Assembly: GCA_902761145.1 (NCBI GenBank)
Contig: CACWJA010000003.1
Span: 92 to 64,091 of the forward strand
Source of the DNA: an uncultured bacterium
Lineage (GTDB): Bacteria; Patescibacteriota; Saccharimonadia; Saccharimonadales; Saccharimonadaceae
Direction: 5' to 3'
Length of the DNA stretch: 64,000 bases
Positions 45,607 through 57,100 of the stretch are shown in pieces. How positions within the stretch are numbered: the first letter of the stretch is position 1; each line of letters opens with the position of its first letter. The notes under the pieces were generated by a model. The model had not been told where the DNA came from. It searched no databases and saw only the letters and a program-made list of their open reading frames with translations. Both the position numbers and the translations under genes were made by a program.

Positions 45607-47370
45607 TTACGATAGATCACTCGCAACACGGTTTACCTCCTCTACAGTCGTCATGCCAGATAGTGCTTTCAACATACCATCTTGACGCATAGTAACAGTA
45701 CCCTTAGATCTTGCTAGCCTCATTATTTCAGCAGCAGTAGCATGGTCTACTATCATCTTTTGTATATCCTCGTCCACAATAATAGTCTCGTATAATCCAG
45801 TCCTTCCAGAATATCCCCCAGGGGCCTCTTTACTATCTACACCTCTCGACAGCATATAATACTCTTCATTCCTAACAGGCAATCCAGCATAACCAAGATC
45901 TTCACTCACTTTCGCCACTTCCTCCTTAGCCTGCGGCAAAAGCTCTCCCACTATATCATTTATACCTTTTGTCTCAACCTCAGAAGATTTATACATGTCA
46001 TGCTTATCTGTCACTCTACGCACCAACCTTTGACCTATTACTACATTCAACGTCGATGCTAGCAAAAACGGCTCTATACCCATATCTAGAAGCCTTGGCA
46101 ATATACCAGCAGCAGAATTTGTGTGCAATGTCGAAAATACCAAATGCCCAGTAAGCGCAGCCTGTACTGCCAACGATGCCGTCTCGGAATCACGAATTTC
46201 GCCCACCATCACCACGTCTGGATCTTGCCGGAGAATAGATCTTAGCCCCGAAGCAAAAGTTAGCCCAGCATCCACATTTACTTGTATTTGATTAACCCCA
46301 TCCATCTTATATTCTACTGGGTCCTCAAGCGTTACTATATTAATAGCCTCAGTTTTTATCTGCTGTATTAGTGCATATAATGTAGTAGATTTACCGGATC
46401 CGGTCGGGCCAGATGTAAGTATCATCCCGTTAGGCTTCTTTATTCCATCAAGCACAGCCCTCAATGCTCTACCTGACATACCCATATCTTTTATGTCTAT
46501 ATTAATCCCAGCCTTATCAAGCAAACGAATCACCACCTGCTCACCCCAAGTTACCGGAGATATAGCTATACGCAAATCTATCTCTTGCCCATCCACCTGC
46601 ACAGTAAATTGTCCATCCTGCGGAATACGATGTTCGTCAATCTTCAAATTACTCAAAATTTTTACTCTCGATACCAATGCTGGCGCCACCGTCTTGGGCA
46701 ATTCCATAATTTTACGCAAAACTCCATCTATACGACACCTTATTATCAGCGAATCTTCTAACGGCTCAATATGAATATCAGAAGCCTTTGTCTTAGCTGC
46801 ATAACTCAATATCGTAGTCAGAGCCTTAGATATAGGTGAATCCTGCACAATTGTCTTCGCATCGTCAGACTGAGTCTTTACTTCACTGACTGTAGTTTCT
46901 TTTACCGCTTCGCTCACCCCAGAAAAATCTCCATGGTACTGATCTATCGCTTCGCGAATACCACGCTCAGAAGACATCCATACCCGTATAGGCTGATTTA
47001 CCAAACTAGCCAAATAATCAGTAAACTGCACATTTCCAGCATCCAACATTGCCACATTTAATACGCCATCTCGTTCGCCTATTGGTACAGCCGTCACTCT
47101 CAATGCAGCATCACGAGGAATCTTACCCAATATATCTTGGTCGATATCTATATTCTTAAGCTCTACATAAGGTACGCCAGTTATCACTGCCGTAGCGTGT
47201 GCCACCATGTCGTCACTAATTACCTTTTTCGAAAGCAAATCCGTTATTACTGATCCCCCCTCAGCAGCAATACGCTGTCTCGCATTGTCGACAACGGCAT
47301 AATCCACCAATCCTTCATCTATTAGAAGGTCGATTATTTTACCTTCAAATTCTACAGAAAAATCAGACAT
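45607..47370 (-). CDS. pilB: Type IV pilus assembly ATPase
   Basis: 587 aa. N-terminal T2SSE_N domain, ASDIHIEP, ILTSGPTGSGKSTTLYA, VVMVGEIRD, LVFSTLHTNSAAG. Confidence 0.85.
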   Translation of the reverse strand: MSDFSVEFEGKIIDLLIDEGLVDYAVVDNARQRIAAEGGSVITDLLSKKVISDDMVAHATAVITGVPYVELKNIDIDQDILGKIPRDAALRVTAVPIGERDGVLNVAMLDAGNVQFTDYLASLVNQPIRVWMSSERGIREAIDQYHGDFSGVSEAVKETTVSEVKTQSDDAKTIVQDSPISKALTTILSYAAKTKASDIHIEPLEDSLIIRCRIDGVLRKIMELPKTVAPALVSRVKILSNLKIDEHRIPQDGQFTVQVDGQEIDLRIAISPVTWGEQVVIRLLDKAGINIDIKDMGMSGRALRAVLDGIKKPNGMILTSGPTGSGKSTTLYALIQQIKTEAINIVTLEDPVEYKMDGVNQIQVNVDAGLTFASGLRSILRQDPDVVMVGEIRDSETASLAVQAALTGHLVFSTLHTNSAAGILPRLLDMGIEPFLLASTLNVVIGQRLVRRVTDKHDMYKSSEVETKGINDIVGELLPQAKEEVAKVSEDLGYAGLPVRNEEYYMLSRGVDSKEAPGGYSGRTGLYETIIVDEDIQKMIVDHATAAEIMRLARSKGTVTMRQDGMLKALSGMTTVEEVNRVASDLS

Positions 47371-47678
47371 TATTCCGCCTCTTGTATTTCTTGCGCTGGC
47401 TGCTGGACATTATCAATATACGGATCAGTATTATCCTCTATACATTCCCCAAATTCATCACGCTTATCACAATCACCTACATATACCTGCACAGTTGGAT
47501 TCAATGCACGATAATTAAAAACCTCTGGATCGGGATCGGCCAAGTCTGCATTTACGCCCTCCGCTATGTTTTTTACCGATACACTTTTGATTTCACCCAT
47601 CAACATACTAGTAACAAAAAATCCACCCACCAGCCCCACTATGGCTATTACTATAGTAGTTAATAAATCATTCTTCAT
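47370..47678 (-). CDS. Small single-pass membrane protein inside the pilus operon (102 aa)
   Basis: TM TIVIAIVGLVGGFFVTSML. 1-nt overlaps with both neighbouring genes. Confidence 0.55.
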   Translation of the reverse strand: MKNDLLTTIVIAIVGLVGGFFVTSMLMGEIKSVSVKNIAEGVNADLADPDPEVFNYRALNPTVQVYVGDCDKRDEFGECIEDNTDPYIDNVQQPAQEIQEAE

Positions 47679-48556
47679 TAGTTACCTCCAGCTGTAATTA
47701 TTGTTTCAGATTCAGCAAAAGACACCTTATCCATATAGTACGCAGTAGCCTGCGCCTCAAACGACAACACATTGCCATCTTCCCACTCGATAGTCGCGCT
47801 CCTAATATCAAACTCACGGATAGATCTCTCTATATTATCTAAAGTAGCTTTAGTAATGCCAGCATCAGCTTTTATAGACAAATTCACACCCAAGACATTT
47901 AAACCAGGTAATAGCGCCACTTCCTCATCGCTATTAGACGTACCACCCGGGCTAATCGATTCTGGCTGCCAACCAGATTCCAAGAACAACTTATTAAGAC
48001 TGGCAAGCAATGCTTCTTCGTTTTTAGATGCAGGCAAAGCATCGGGTATCACGCGCAATGCAGAACAGCTCTTCATTAGTTGACTTGCCGCTGCAAACCT
48101 ATCTGTGCCCTCGGCCTCATCATAAATACTCTTCAGCGCGCTATATGTATAATTCTTCCCCGTACCAGGATCTACGCAACCAGATGATGTTTCTTTCGGT
48201 ACAGAATTCAAAGCTTTATTTGCCGCCAAACCTTCTATTATATTGGCCCTAAGCGACCCCTGAATCTTCCCCAGATCCACATCATCAGGATTGCATCGTC
48301 TCAATTCGTCCTCCGAATATATCGTACCATTGGGCGCTTCACATACGCCAATTGTCTTAATCGTATCAGAATACAACGCTATAGATTCCTCCTCCGCGGC
48401 AATTACCTTAGAATTAAATGTAATCTGCTGTACAAAACGTACAGCCAAAGATATAGCCACTCCGAGCACCACTGATGCCCCAGCCACAGTCAACATCACA
48501 TTTTGTTGTGCCTTTGATATCTTAGCACGCTTGCTAATAGCCACTTCCTTTGCCAT
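47678..48556 (-). CDS. PilO-like pilus assembly protein (assigned by position and topology only)
   Basis: N-terminal TM (VMLTVAGASVVLGVAISLAV) followed by a helical segment. Lies between pilN and pilB with overlapping stop/start codons. Confidence 0.4.
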   Translation of the reverse strand: MAKEVAISKRAKISKAQQNVMLTVAGASVVLGVAISLAVRFVQQITFNSKVIAAEEESIALYSDTIKTIGVCEAPNGTIYSEDELRRCNPDDVDLGKIQGSLRANIIEGLAANKALNSVPKETSSGCVDPGTGKNYTYSALKSIYDEAEGTDRFAAASQLMKSCSALRVIPDALPASKNEEALLASLNKLFLESGWQPESISPGGTSNSDEEVALLPGLNVLGVNLSIKADAGITKATLDNIERSIREFDIRSATIEWEDGNVLSFEAQATAYYMDKVSFAESETIITAGGN

Positions 48557-49704
48557 TATTTACCTCCCTTCTTATTAGTTTCCGTAGTACATGCAGCGTC
48601 GTCCTTGTCGCAATCGCGTGCCCTTTCCCCAAACATCGCTTGTACCTGAACATACGAATCAGTCACATTGCGGCGTCCACTAGGCGGTATCATTAATAGA
48701 TGTCTGTTGGAAAAATCATATACTCCAGCATCTAACGTAATAGTCGCAGAAAACCTTAGCACAAGCTCCTCATTATTGTCACGCCCATTAGAAGATTCAG
48801 AAACGTTCATTCCGGTAGATCCTCCTGGTACCAGCATACATGATTTGTTTTCATTCCATTTCGGTGTGGTATCTTGGCTATTTAAAGTACCAACATAGCT
48901 CACACACTGACTATCAAAATGCTCTACATTGGATATTGTTCCATCAATACTCATATATGGTTGACCTTCAACAGGATCTTGCTTATACCATTCTCCGGTC
49001 TGAGGTGTACGCCAGATTTTTTCCACCCTTTGGCCTTCATAAGTATCAAGCATGTCATATTCATAATCTTCACCACCAGAGCATCCTTCCGCATCTACAG
49101 TCCACAAAGCATAGATACCCTTATCAGAATCATTAAACGTCGCACCGTCCTGGCCAGATTCTATCATACAATATGCCGGAATCGTTTTGCCATTCTTGTC
49201 AACATAATCACCATAATCATAATACATAAACTGCATACTCTTCTTAAAAGAATCCAACACATTATAATCAATATATGGCTCTTTTCCAGCGTTAGCCTGC
49301 GCTTCAAAAGACAACGTAGGCTGTTCCTCCTTCAAATCCACATCGAGCTTAGATATAGTAATCGTATCAGCACCAGTCGGGATCAAGGCTGCTAATACGT
49401 TAAAAGTACGCGAAATTACTCTTTTGTTGTCACTGAGCAAATCAATATTATCTACTTGGTTCTTAATGGTCAAAAAATCATCAAGATCACTATATGAACC
49501 CAATTTGTCAGACAATGCACCTAGAGTAGAACCTTTAGCATCCAAAGCAAGTTGTTGACCGCCCATAATCAAGCCAAGTACCACTACTACCACTACGCTA
49601 GCTACCACAGCCAGAATGCAAGCAAAATAAGTCATGTTTCTGATCTTTAAAGCTTTTAGCATTTCCTCTTTTATGTCTGGAACCAAATTTATCTCACGTG
49701 CCAT
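48556..49704 (-). CDS. pilN: PilN-like pilus assembly protein
   Basis: N-terminal EINLVPD (the INLLP signature), then the TM ACILAVVASVVVVVVLGLI. Immediately downstream of pilM. Confidence 0.6.
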   Translation of the reverse strand: MAREINLVPDIKEEMLKALKIRNMTYFACILAVVASVVVVVVLGLIMGGQQLALDAKGSTLGALSDKLGSYSDLDDFLTIKNQVDNIDLLSDNKRVISRTFNVLAALIPTGADTITISKLDVDLKEEQPTLSFEAQANAGKEPYIDYNVLDSFKKSMQFMYYDYGDYVDKNGKTIPAYCMIESGQDGATFNDSDKGIYALWTVDAEGCSGGEDYEYDMLDTYEGQRVEKIWRTPQTGEWYKQDPVEGQPYMSIDGTISNVEHFDSQCVSYVGTLNSQDTTPKWNENKSCMLVPGGSTGMNVSESSNGRDNNEELVLRFSATITLDAGVYDFSNRHLLMIPPSGRRNVTDSYVQVQAMFGERARDCDKDDAACTTETNKKGGK

Positions 49705-50751
49705 TTAATCATTACTCCTTTCAGATAGCCCTATCACTACGGCAAACTCATTTGACACTCCCGCCAAGGCCTGTTGCTGACTCGCGCTCATGCGTACAAA
49801 CTGCCAAGGATCACCACGCATAGTAGACATATTCGTCTTAGTTCCAACATACTCAGGGAATAGTGGTATCATACTGGCATAATTTGACAACACCACACCA
49901 CCAATACTTGCTCCCAAATACTTCGTCTGGAAAAATCTAGCAGATTTAATAAGCTCAGCTGCATACCCTTCCAAATGTGTACTGAGCACGCTAAACACCC
50001 GCCCCTCTGCCTGTGACTGGTCAAGACCATATTTCAAAATAAACTGCCTAGCCTGATCTTCCCGCACACTTAAGCCATTTGCCACCGAGCGCACTAATAC
50101 ATCCATCCCTCCAGGAATAGAGCGTACCAACCGAGGCTTATCTTTATACATAATTACTATATCAGTAGCGCCCTCGCCAAAATCCACTATCATGGTAGCA
50201 TTCATAGATCCAGGGGTATTCAAGGCTCTAGCCATCGCCAAAGGTTCTGGTTCCATTGCTATTATATTAAACCCGACCTTCTCTACCATCTCCATCGTAG
50301 ACTCAGCATATTCCTTCGATACAGAAGAAACTAATATTTCAGTCTTACGTGGATCATTGGGGCTAGGCCCCAGCACCAAATAATCAGCCTTTGCCTCACT
50401 GAGTGGCATCGGGACATATTTATCAAGTTCATATTTAAATGACTTAGCCAATTCTTTTTCTGGTAAACTATCAGTCTCTATGATAGAAGTATAAGATTTA
50501 TTCGCCGGAATACCCATAGCGATATTCTTGGTCTTTATTCCGGCTTGATTTACAGCCTGAACAATAGCCTCGCCCAACCTAGCTCTTCCAGCCTCAGAAG
50601 AATCCTGAGCAAGCTGCGGCGTAATTGCGGTATAAGAGTAATTCTGCAAGCTCCACCCACGCTGACTCCCCCCAGTAAGCCGTACTATCCGCATTGATTT
50701 TGTTCCGATATCTAGCGAGAAGAAATCGCCCACTCCATGTAACAAGCTCAT
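49705..50751 (-). CDS. pilM: Type IV pilus assembly protein PilM (actin-like ATPase fold)
   Basis: FFSLDIGTKSMRIVRL phosphate-1 motif and VDFGEGATDIVI. 348 aa. Confidence 0.75.
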   Translation of the reverse strand: MSLLHGVGDFFSLDIGTKSMRIVRLTGGSQRGWSLQNYSYTAITPQLAQDSSEAGRARLGEAIVQAVNQAGIKTKNIAMGIPANKSYTSIIETDSLPEKELAKSFKYELDKYVPMPLSEAKADYLVLGPSPNDPRKTEILVSSVSKEYAESTMEMVEKVGFNIIAMEPEPLAMARALNTPGSMNATMIVDFGEGATDIVIMYKDKPRLVRSIPGGMDVLVRSVANGLSVREDQARQFILKYGLDQSQAEGRVFSVLSTHLEGYAAELIKSARFFQTKYLGASIGGVVLSNYASMIPLFPEYVGTKTNMSTMRGDPWQFVRMSASQQQALAGVSNEFAVVIGLSERSND

Positions 50752-50772
50752 GTCTATATTATATTCTTATGT

Positions 50773-51348
50773 CTATTTTTTTGCAAGCACCAAATAATAA
50801 AATCTTTCTATATTTCCTTTTTTTCCAGCTAGTTCATTGTCACGTTTTTTTATAATAATAAAACCATTTGCCTTCAGCCACTGCTCAAATTGTTTTATTA
50901 TTTCACGACGAATCCGCTCATTTTTTACTACGCCCCTTGCCATCTGCCCCTCACGCGCTTCGAATTGAGGCTTCAACATCACTAGAAATTCAGTATTCTT
51001 ACGTGATAACCACTTTTTTGCATATCCTATTATCTTCGTTAAGCTAACAAACGACACATCGGCTACAATCACATCTGGCTTACATTCTTCCGAAAGATGA
51101 AATTCAAATATATCCGTTTTTTCATACAATTCTACTCTAGGGTCAAATCTAAGTGGAGCCTCCATCTGCTGAGTACCTTTCTCGACCGCTATTACTTTAC
51201 TAGCCCCATACTCCAAAGCAATTTCCGTAAAACCACCCGTAGACGAACCAATATCAAGTACCGTCTTGTCGCGAAAATCAAAATCAAAGGCGCTTATTGC
51301 GCCTTTGATTTTATAATAACCTCTATTTTTTACGCTCCCTATATGCAT
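50773..51348 (-). CDS. TlyA-like (FtsJ-fold) rRNA 2'-O-methyltransferase lacking the N-terminal S4 domain
   Basis: NRGYYKIKGAISAFDFDFRDKTVLDIGSSTGGFTEIALEYGASKVIAVE matches the TlyA core. Start uncertain (51348 or 51390); either overlaps the efp 3' end. Confidence 0.65.
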   Translation of the reverse strand: MHIGSVKNRGYYKIKGAISAFDFDFRDKTVLDIGSSTGGFTEIALEYGASKVIAVEKGTQQMEAPLRFDPRVELYEKTDIFEFHLSEECKPDVIVADVSFVSLTKIIGYAKKWLSRKNTEFLVMLKPQFEAREGQMARGVVKNERIRREIIKQFEQWLKANGFIIIKKRDNELAGKKGNIERFYYLVLAKK

Positions 51349-51883
51349 ATGTCTCTGTATCCACTGATACGATATCACCTTCTTTAACAAAAGCCGGTAC
51401 CTTTATCACTACTCCAGTTTCTAATGTAGCATCTTTCATCACAGAACTGGTAGTGTCCCCTTTTACGACACTTTCTGTATAAGTCACCGCCAACCATATA
51501 TTCTTTGGGATAACTAAATTAATCGGCGTACCATTATAAAACTGTATTTCCATTTCATCGCCATCCCTCATAAAATCTTTGGCATCGCCAACCATCTCAG
51601 CATCAAGCTCGTATTGTTCAAAAGTTTCTGGGTCCATAAAATAAAATTTCATATCATCACGATAAAGATACTGCACCTTGCGAGTTGTTACTTCCGCTGG
51701 CTCTATTTTTTCTTGACCTTTAAAGGTCTTTGGAAGTAAAGCACCAGTAACCAAATTTTTTACCTTTACGTTTACGATCGATCCGCCCCTTCCCATCACC
51801 TTCTGAGAATATTCCACTACTTTATATGGCTGACCATCCAGAGTAATAAGTGTGTTCTTCTTTAAATCAGTTGGTCCATACAT
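51323..51883 (-). CDS. efp: Translation elongation factor P
   Basis: 186 aa. LITLDGQPYKVVEYSQKVMGRGGSIVNVKVKNLVTG. AGGAGG SD. Confidence 0.9.
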   Translation of the reverse strand: MYGPTDLKKNTLITLDGQPYKVVEYSQKVMGRGGSIVNVKVKNLVTGALLPKTFKGQEKIEPAEVTTRKVQYLYRDDMKFYFMDPETFEQYELDAEMVGDAKDFMRDGDEMEIQFYNGTPINLVIPKNIWLAVTYTESVVKGDTTSSVMKDATLETGVVIKVPAFVKEGDIVSVDTETYAYRERKK

Positions 51884-51894
51884 AATACATCCTC

Positions 51895-52089
51895 CTACTT
51901 AGTCACAAAAGGCAATAACGCTATATGTCTAGCACGTTTTACTGCCACAGCCAATTGACGCTGCTGTTTTGCAGACAAACCAGTCTTAGAAATTGGCTCT
52001 ATTCTGCCATAACCATCAAGATACCTTTGTAATGTCTTTGCATCACGATAGTCAAAATACATATTTGGGTTATTTTTAATTTTTCGCAT
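51895..52089 (-). CDS. rpsR: 30S ribosomal protein S18
   Basis: [48 protein letters not shown]. Confidence 0.9.
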   Translation of the reverse strand: MRKIKNNPNMYFDYRDAKTLQRYLDGYGRIEPISKTGLSAKQQRQLAVAVKRARHIALLPFVTK

Positions 52090-52103
52090 ACAACTCCTTT
52101 CTA

Positions 52104-52580
52104 TTAAAACGGAACATCACTGAGGTCAATTTCGCCATCAGGGATATCGTCCGGTATTTCATCCATTGGAACATCCGCACCTGCAGTAGAACCACCAGCT
52201 GCACTAGAAGATCCAAAGCTCCCACTCGAACCACCATTCTCACGAGGACCGTTACTGGTAAAATTAAAATCTTCTACTACGATCTCAACGTGAGATCGCT
52301 TCTGACCGGTATTTTTGTCCTCCCAACTACGTTGGTCCAAACGTCCAGATACCAACACGCCAGTACCCTTCTTAGCATATTGGTTGATCATCTCAGCCAA
52401 CTTGCCCCATGCCGAACAATCTATAAAGGACACATCCTCTTTTTGCTCACCACTCGCATCACGGTATACACGATTTACTGCTACCGAGAAACTACACACA
52501 CTCGCTCCATTCGGAGTACTACGAAGTTCAGGGTCACGAGTAAGATTACCTGTAATAATTGCTTTAGAAAAACCGCGCAT
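52104..52580 (-). CDS. ssb: Single-stranded DNA-binding protein
   Basis: OB-fold N-terminus ([30 protein letters not shown]), Gly/Ser-rich linker, acidic tail ending DLSDVPF. Confidence 0.9.
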   Translation of the reverse strand: MRGFSKAIITGNLTRDPELRSTPNGASVCSFSVAVNRVYRDASGEQKEDVSFIDCSAWGKLAEMINQYAKKGTGVLVSGRLDQRSWEDKNTGQKRSHVEIVVEDFNFTSNGPRENGGSSGSFGSSSAAGGSTAGADVPMDEIPDDIPDGEIDLSDVPF

Positions 52581-52594
52581 AATAAAACACCTCC

Positions 52595-52969
52595 TTATTC
52601 TTTACTTTCATCATTTTCTTTTTGCTCATCAGCATTTTTCTGCTGCTCATCGGCCTCTATATCTCTAGGTCCTTCCGTCTCGCGACGTTCGTCTTTGTGT
52701 ACCAACAAGTATCGTAAAACTTCGTCAGTGATATTCATCACAGTAGAAATCTTTGCCGGAGCCTGGGATGGCAATGACACAATATAATAATAATATACCG
52801 CAAAAGTCTGTCCCTTTATAGGATAGGCTAAACGCTTCTTGCCGTCATTTTCCGCCGACTCTATGGTACCACCTGCAGACTCAATAATTTTCTTCACCTT
52901 ATCGAGCGCAGGATCTATATTCATCTCTAAATCAGGATGATATAGCACAGAAAGTTCATATTCCTTCAT
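52595..52969 (-). CDS. rpsF: 30S ribosomal protein S6 (with an acidic C-terminal extension)
   Basis: MKEYELSVLYHPDLE.., LAYPIKGQTFAVYYY. Canonical rpsF-ssb-rpsR order. Confidence 0.85.
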   Translation of the reverse strand: MKEYELSVLYHPDLEMNIDPALDKVKKIIESAGGTIESAENDGKKRLAYPIKGQTFAVYYYYIVSLPSQAPAKISTVMNITDEVLRYLLVHKDERRETEGPRDIEADEQQKNADEQKENDESKE

Positions 52970-53093
52970 TTTTCTCCTTTGGTTAAAGCAAACGCCACTC
53001 CGTGAAGCCCGTTTGCTGAGCTAATATTACCCAAATATAATATCATATTACCTCAAAAATATCAAGACACAAACAGGACAATATCATCATACA

Positions 53094-53642
53094 TCACTTA
53101 AACTCAAAATCCTGAATTATCTCTTCGGCTTGCCCAGCGTAGCGATCTCGACAACTCTGACCAGAATACACCCTTTGTGATTCTTTTGGGCAATAAGACA
53201 TAGCGCGATAATCAGACTTGATGCTTCCATTGTGCCCATTAGAAGTAGAATAAACATAATTCACCTGAAAAGTCTGTTCTAATTCTGGCAAATCAACTAT
53301 AAAATATAGTTGATAAATATCATCTTTTTCGTACTTCTCTTTTTTTACGCTATCAGCACGAATTGTAGCAACTATATTATTAGACCTATCCACATCTTTA
53401 TTGTTTAGCCATGCTATATCGTAAATAGAAAAAAGTATATTATCTAAATCGTTCTTACTTACATTGCCGATCTCTTGTTTATAATTGGATATAACAACAT
53501 TATATGCAAATGTTTTATCACTATTATCGCTCTTAGTAAAAAGACCGGCCAATGTAAATCCAATAGCCATCAAAAGACCGAACTCCAATATAATAGCACC
53601 AAGTGCTATAGGATTTAATTTTCTATATTCAAGTCCTATCAT
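53094..53642 (-). CDS. Membrane-anchored two-Cys paralogue family protein (182 aa)
   Basis: N-terminal TM. Family motif YFIVDLPELEQTFQVNYVY..YCPKESQRVYSGQSCRD. Confidence 0.6.
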   Translation of the reverse strand: MIGLEYRKLNPIALGAIILEFGLLMAIGFTLAGLFTKSDNSDKTFAYNVVISNYKQEIGNVSKNDLDNILFSIYDIAWLNNKDVDRSNNIVATIRADSVKKEKYEKDDIYQLYFIVDLPELEQTFQVNYVYSTSNGHNGSIKSDYRAMSYCPKESQRVYSGQSCRDRYAGQAEEIIQDFEFK

Positions 53643-53643
53643 C

Positions 53644-54129
53644 TCAATTCTCTTTCCTTACAAAAGGCAAGTTTTCTTTACAGTCAAAATCAGGATAAAC
53701 CATCTTATCCTCCGGCAAACAATAAATCAATACTGCATAACCGCCTATGGCATAATCTGGATCCTCACTATAATTAAACTCCACTTTGTAAGATTGCTGA
53801 ATATTCGGAATATCAACTACAAAACTCCCAACATACCAACCATTCTTAGCATCATAAGTATATAAATACGGCTCCGTATTACGAATAATCGCACCAGACT
53901 GTGGTACGCCCTGAGACAAATTCAATTCCACAGTCTTCTTCAAATCTAAAAAAATATTTTCTTTCGTACTATCCGGCACATTATAATAATAATCATTAAA
54001 ATTATCTATCGCCAAATGTTCTGTCTCCTTCACAAGAACCTTCACCAATAAAACCGATATTATTACTAAAAACGCCATAGCCACCATCGTAATACCTATG
54101 TTCCTAACCATTGTATTCTCCCTAATCAT
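53644..54129 (-). CDS. Membrane-anchored two-Cys paralogue family protein (161 aa)
   Basis: N-terminal TM. Motif FVVDIPNIQQSYKVEFNY..IYCLPEDKMVYPDFDCKE. ATGA overlap with the upstream hydrolase gene. Confidence 0.6.
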   Translation of the reverse strand: MIRENTMVRNIGITMVAMAFLVIISVLLVKVLVKETEHLAIDNFNDYYYNVPDSTKENIFLDLKKTVELNLSQGVPQSGAIIRNTEPYLYTYDAKNGWYVGSFVVDIPNIQQSYKVEFNYSEDPDYAIGGYAVLIYCLPEDKMVYPDFDCKENLPFVRKEN

Positions 54130-57100
54130 TTATTTATATACTCCAATAATTTATTGTAATCCAGCTTGCTATCAAGATATGCATACCAAATATCTTCGCC
54201 TGAAACATCTGTATAGTCATAATACGTAGCAGGTAAACTTGGGTACCCAGCCTCTACAGTAGCAATCTTATTACCATCTACGCCCACCACTACGCCAGTA
54301 TGATTGCCCGATGGTGTATGATATGAGGTAGTAGAAAAAACCGCAAAAGGTCTCGGAGTTCTTCCTGTTTCAAATCCAAGTTCCTTCAGGGTATCCACAA
54401 CATCTACACCATCTGGCCAACCCTGTTGGCTAACGTTAGCAAACATTTCAGCGAAGAACGCAGAAAACAAAGTACAATTACTATATCTGCTAGCACAACT
54501 GCTGCTTTGGCAATAGTTACCTTCCGCAGCCACCTTACCATCCCAATTTCCGACGTTATTATTATAATTAGAAGCCAATTTTTCTGCTTGCTCCTGAGTC
54601 AAGCCATCTCCTACGCCACCTTTATAACGCCAAGCACTAGTGGTGGTACCTTCATTGTAATAAGGCGTAACTTGCCCAACCCTCTCGCCAAACGAAGCAC
54701 TAGCAATATTGCCATAAGTACCACCGTAATCGCCAACATATATAGCTACATGCCCAGGCTGAAAATAAACATCGCCAGGCTTCAACTTATCCGTACTCGG
54801 ATCCGACAATTTTTCCCACATATCATCAGTTTCAAAATACGATTCTAAACTAGAATTATCTGTAGTGTCAACTGTTTTTGTATATTTCAAAACAGTAGTC
54901 ACAAATTTACCGCAATCCATGCCGTCATCACCTGGCAACCATGTATCCAATTGCTGTTTATATAAATCCCTCATATTAGCAGCACAAGACGGTGGATAAC
55001 CTTCAGTACTATAATTTTCCCATGATCCACCTGAATTTTTACACTGACCTGTATGCGAATCGTCACCTTGTCCAGCCTGTACCGGCCAAGACATTTTGAC
55101 AGCGGCATCAGCAATCTGAGCGCCACCATTACCATTCACTTGCGCATTACCTTCACATACACCAGATTCCTGCTTTGAACTTACAGTGTTACTTGGTGGA
55201 TTCTCGGGAAAATATCCCATCGGATCGCCTACACCTGGCTCTCCCCCCATCCAGCCATAAAATATCCAAGACCCATGAAGCCCCCCACTATCTTGTACTA
55301 ACACCGTTACGCCACTTTTCCACTGGCTGTAATCATCTATTATATCCACCGAATGGCTCTCATCATTATAGGCATGGTCCACACCCGCACCACATTTTAT
55401 ACAGTCATGTTCCAATATCTGAGTAGGCAAAGTACGATTCCCTCTCATGAGAACATCACGTGCAGCATCCAGGTACTTTGAATCCACATTCATATCGTGA
55501 GAGCCATTTATACGCCCAGCCGTACCACCAGCGAACCATCCACCATTCCCAACGTAATTCCATAGGTTATCCCCACTAGGAGGTTGGTTTCCATTAGCTT
55601 CAGCCAAATTCGCCATTATGGATAGTTCATTTTTAAAGGCAGTCATGTTACTACTATTTTCGCCTATCGCTGCTTCAGCCAAATCCCACAACTGATCATC
55701 AGTCAAATCATCGTACTGATGATATCCACCAGACGACACGCCAGATACAGTACCCCCACTAGACGAAGAAGAAACTGCAGTAGGAGTACCCAAATTCGCA
55801 TATCTATTATAAAATTCCTCAGCATAGTCACCTCGGCTCTTAGCTCCTTGCCATCTATCATGGCCCTTGCTAGAACCAAATCCCCTCACCCCTACATCCT
55901 GCAAAGGATCACCAGGAACTTCCGAAGTTCCATACGCGATCTCCACCAATACTAAGAACAGCTCAGCATAAGACCTTGGGCTACTTTTATCTGCTATTAC
56001 GTCAAAATGATCCACAAAATCCCTAAATTCACTATAAAACCCACGATCACTCGCCTTCTGTCCGTTTATCTCGCCTAGTGTCAAAAAATCCAGTTCCATC
56101 TTCAAAGCGGTATCAATTGCGTCCTGAGGCACATTTTTCTGAGTTAAAACATTTTCAGCACAACTACTACCATCAGGATATTCACTCACCTCGCACCACC
56201 ATCCATAAAACTCCCAATAACTCTTTCCCACTGCAGATGTAATTGCACTCCACAATTCACCTCCATTGTCGCTATTCAACATATACAACCCTCTATAATA
56301 TTCGCCAGACTCACCATTCATAAAAGGATTCAATCCACTTTCTGTATACATATTACCCAATATACCCGCTATCGCTGCAGCGTTATCCGACACGCCTTCT
56401 ATATTGGCCTGTACAAAATAATTCCAAATCTTCTCAGCAATGGTATTTCCAGGCAATAGTCCCGCGGTGCAGTTTTTTGGTATTGTATTTTTTATTAGCT
56501 GAATCCAGGCCTCAAAACCACCAGCTTCAGTTGGATGTCCTCCATCGGCCGAGTAATACTCATCCTTATATACAGTAGTCCAATCTGCCAAATAAATATT
56601 AGAATGCCCCTCAGCAGCCTTCTTTAAAATAGCATTGCTAGAATCATAGTTTTCACCTTCTACCCCCTCTAAAGACCCATCAACAATACCGTGCTTGCTA
56701 TTATAAGTTTCCGACGTAACTAATACCACCTTAGTATTTTCATCTACTAACCCCAAAAATTTGTCCATCATCGCCTGAGTCCAACCTTTATTGTCGCCCA
56801 ATGCAAATACCAAATAAGGCCTCAATTTTCCTTCATTTTTTAATTTTTCAAGAATGCTCAATCCAGAAGGATTACTACTAACATGATCATCAATACCTTC
56901 TTGATCCACACACTTGCCACTAGCTATATAAGTGTCACCATCGCCCAATCCATTCGCATCCTTTATCGGTCCACCATAATCTACACCGGGAAAAGTAGTA
57001 TCTATGAGATCCTTAGCAAGAATAGAGTACGAATCCCCAATCCAGGTTATGTCACTACCAGAAGGAAAAGTGCAAAACGTAGTCCCATTACTATCAGTGC

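Noticed and set aside
52290-52787. (+) ORFs of 165 and 117 aa
   Set aside because: They are antisense to ssb and rpsF, which are confidently identified.
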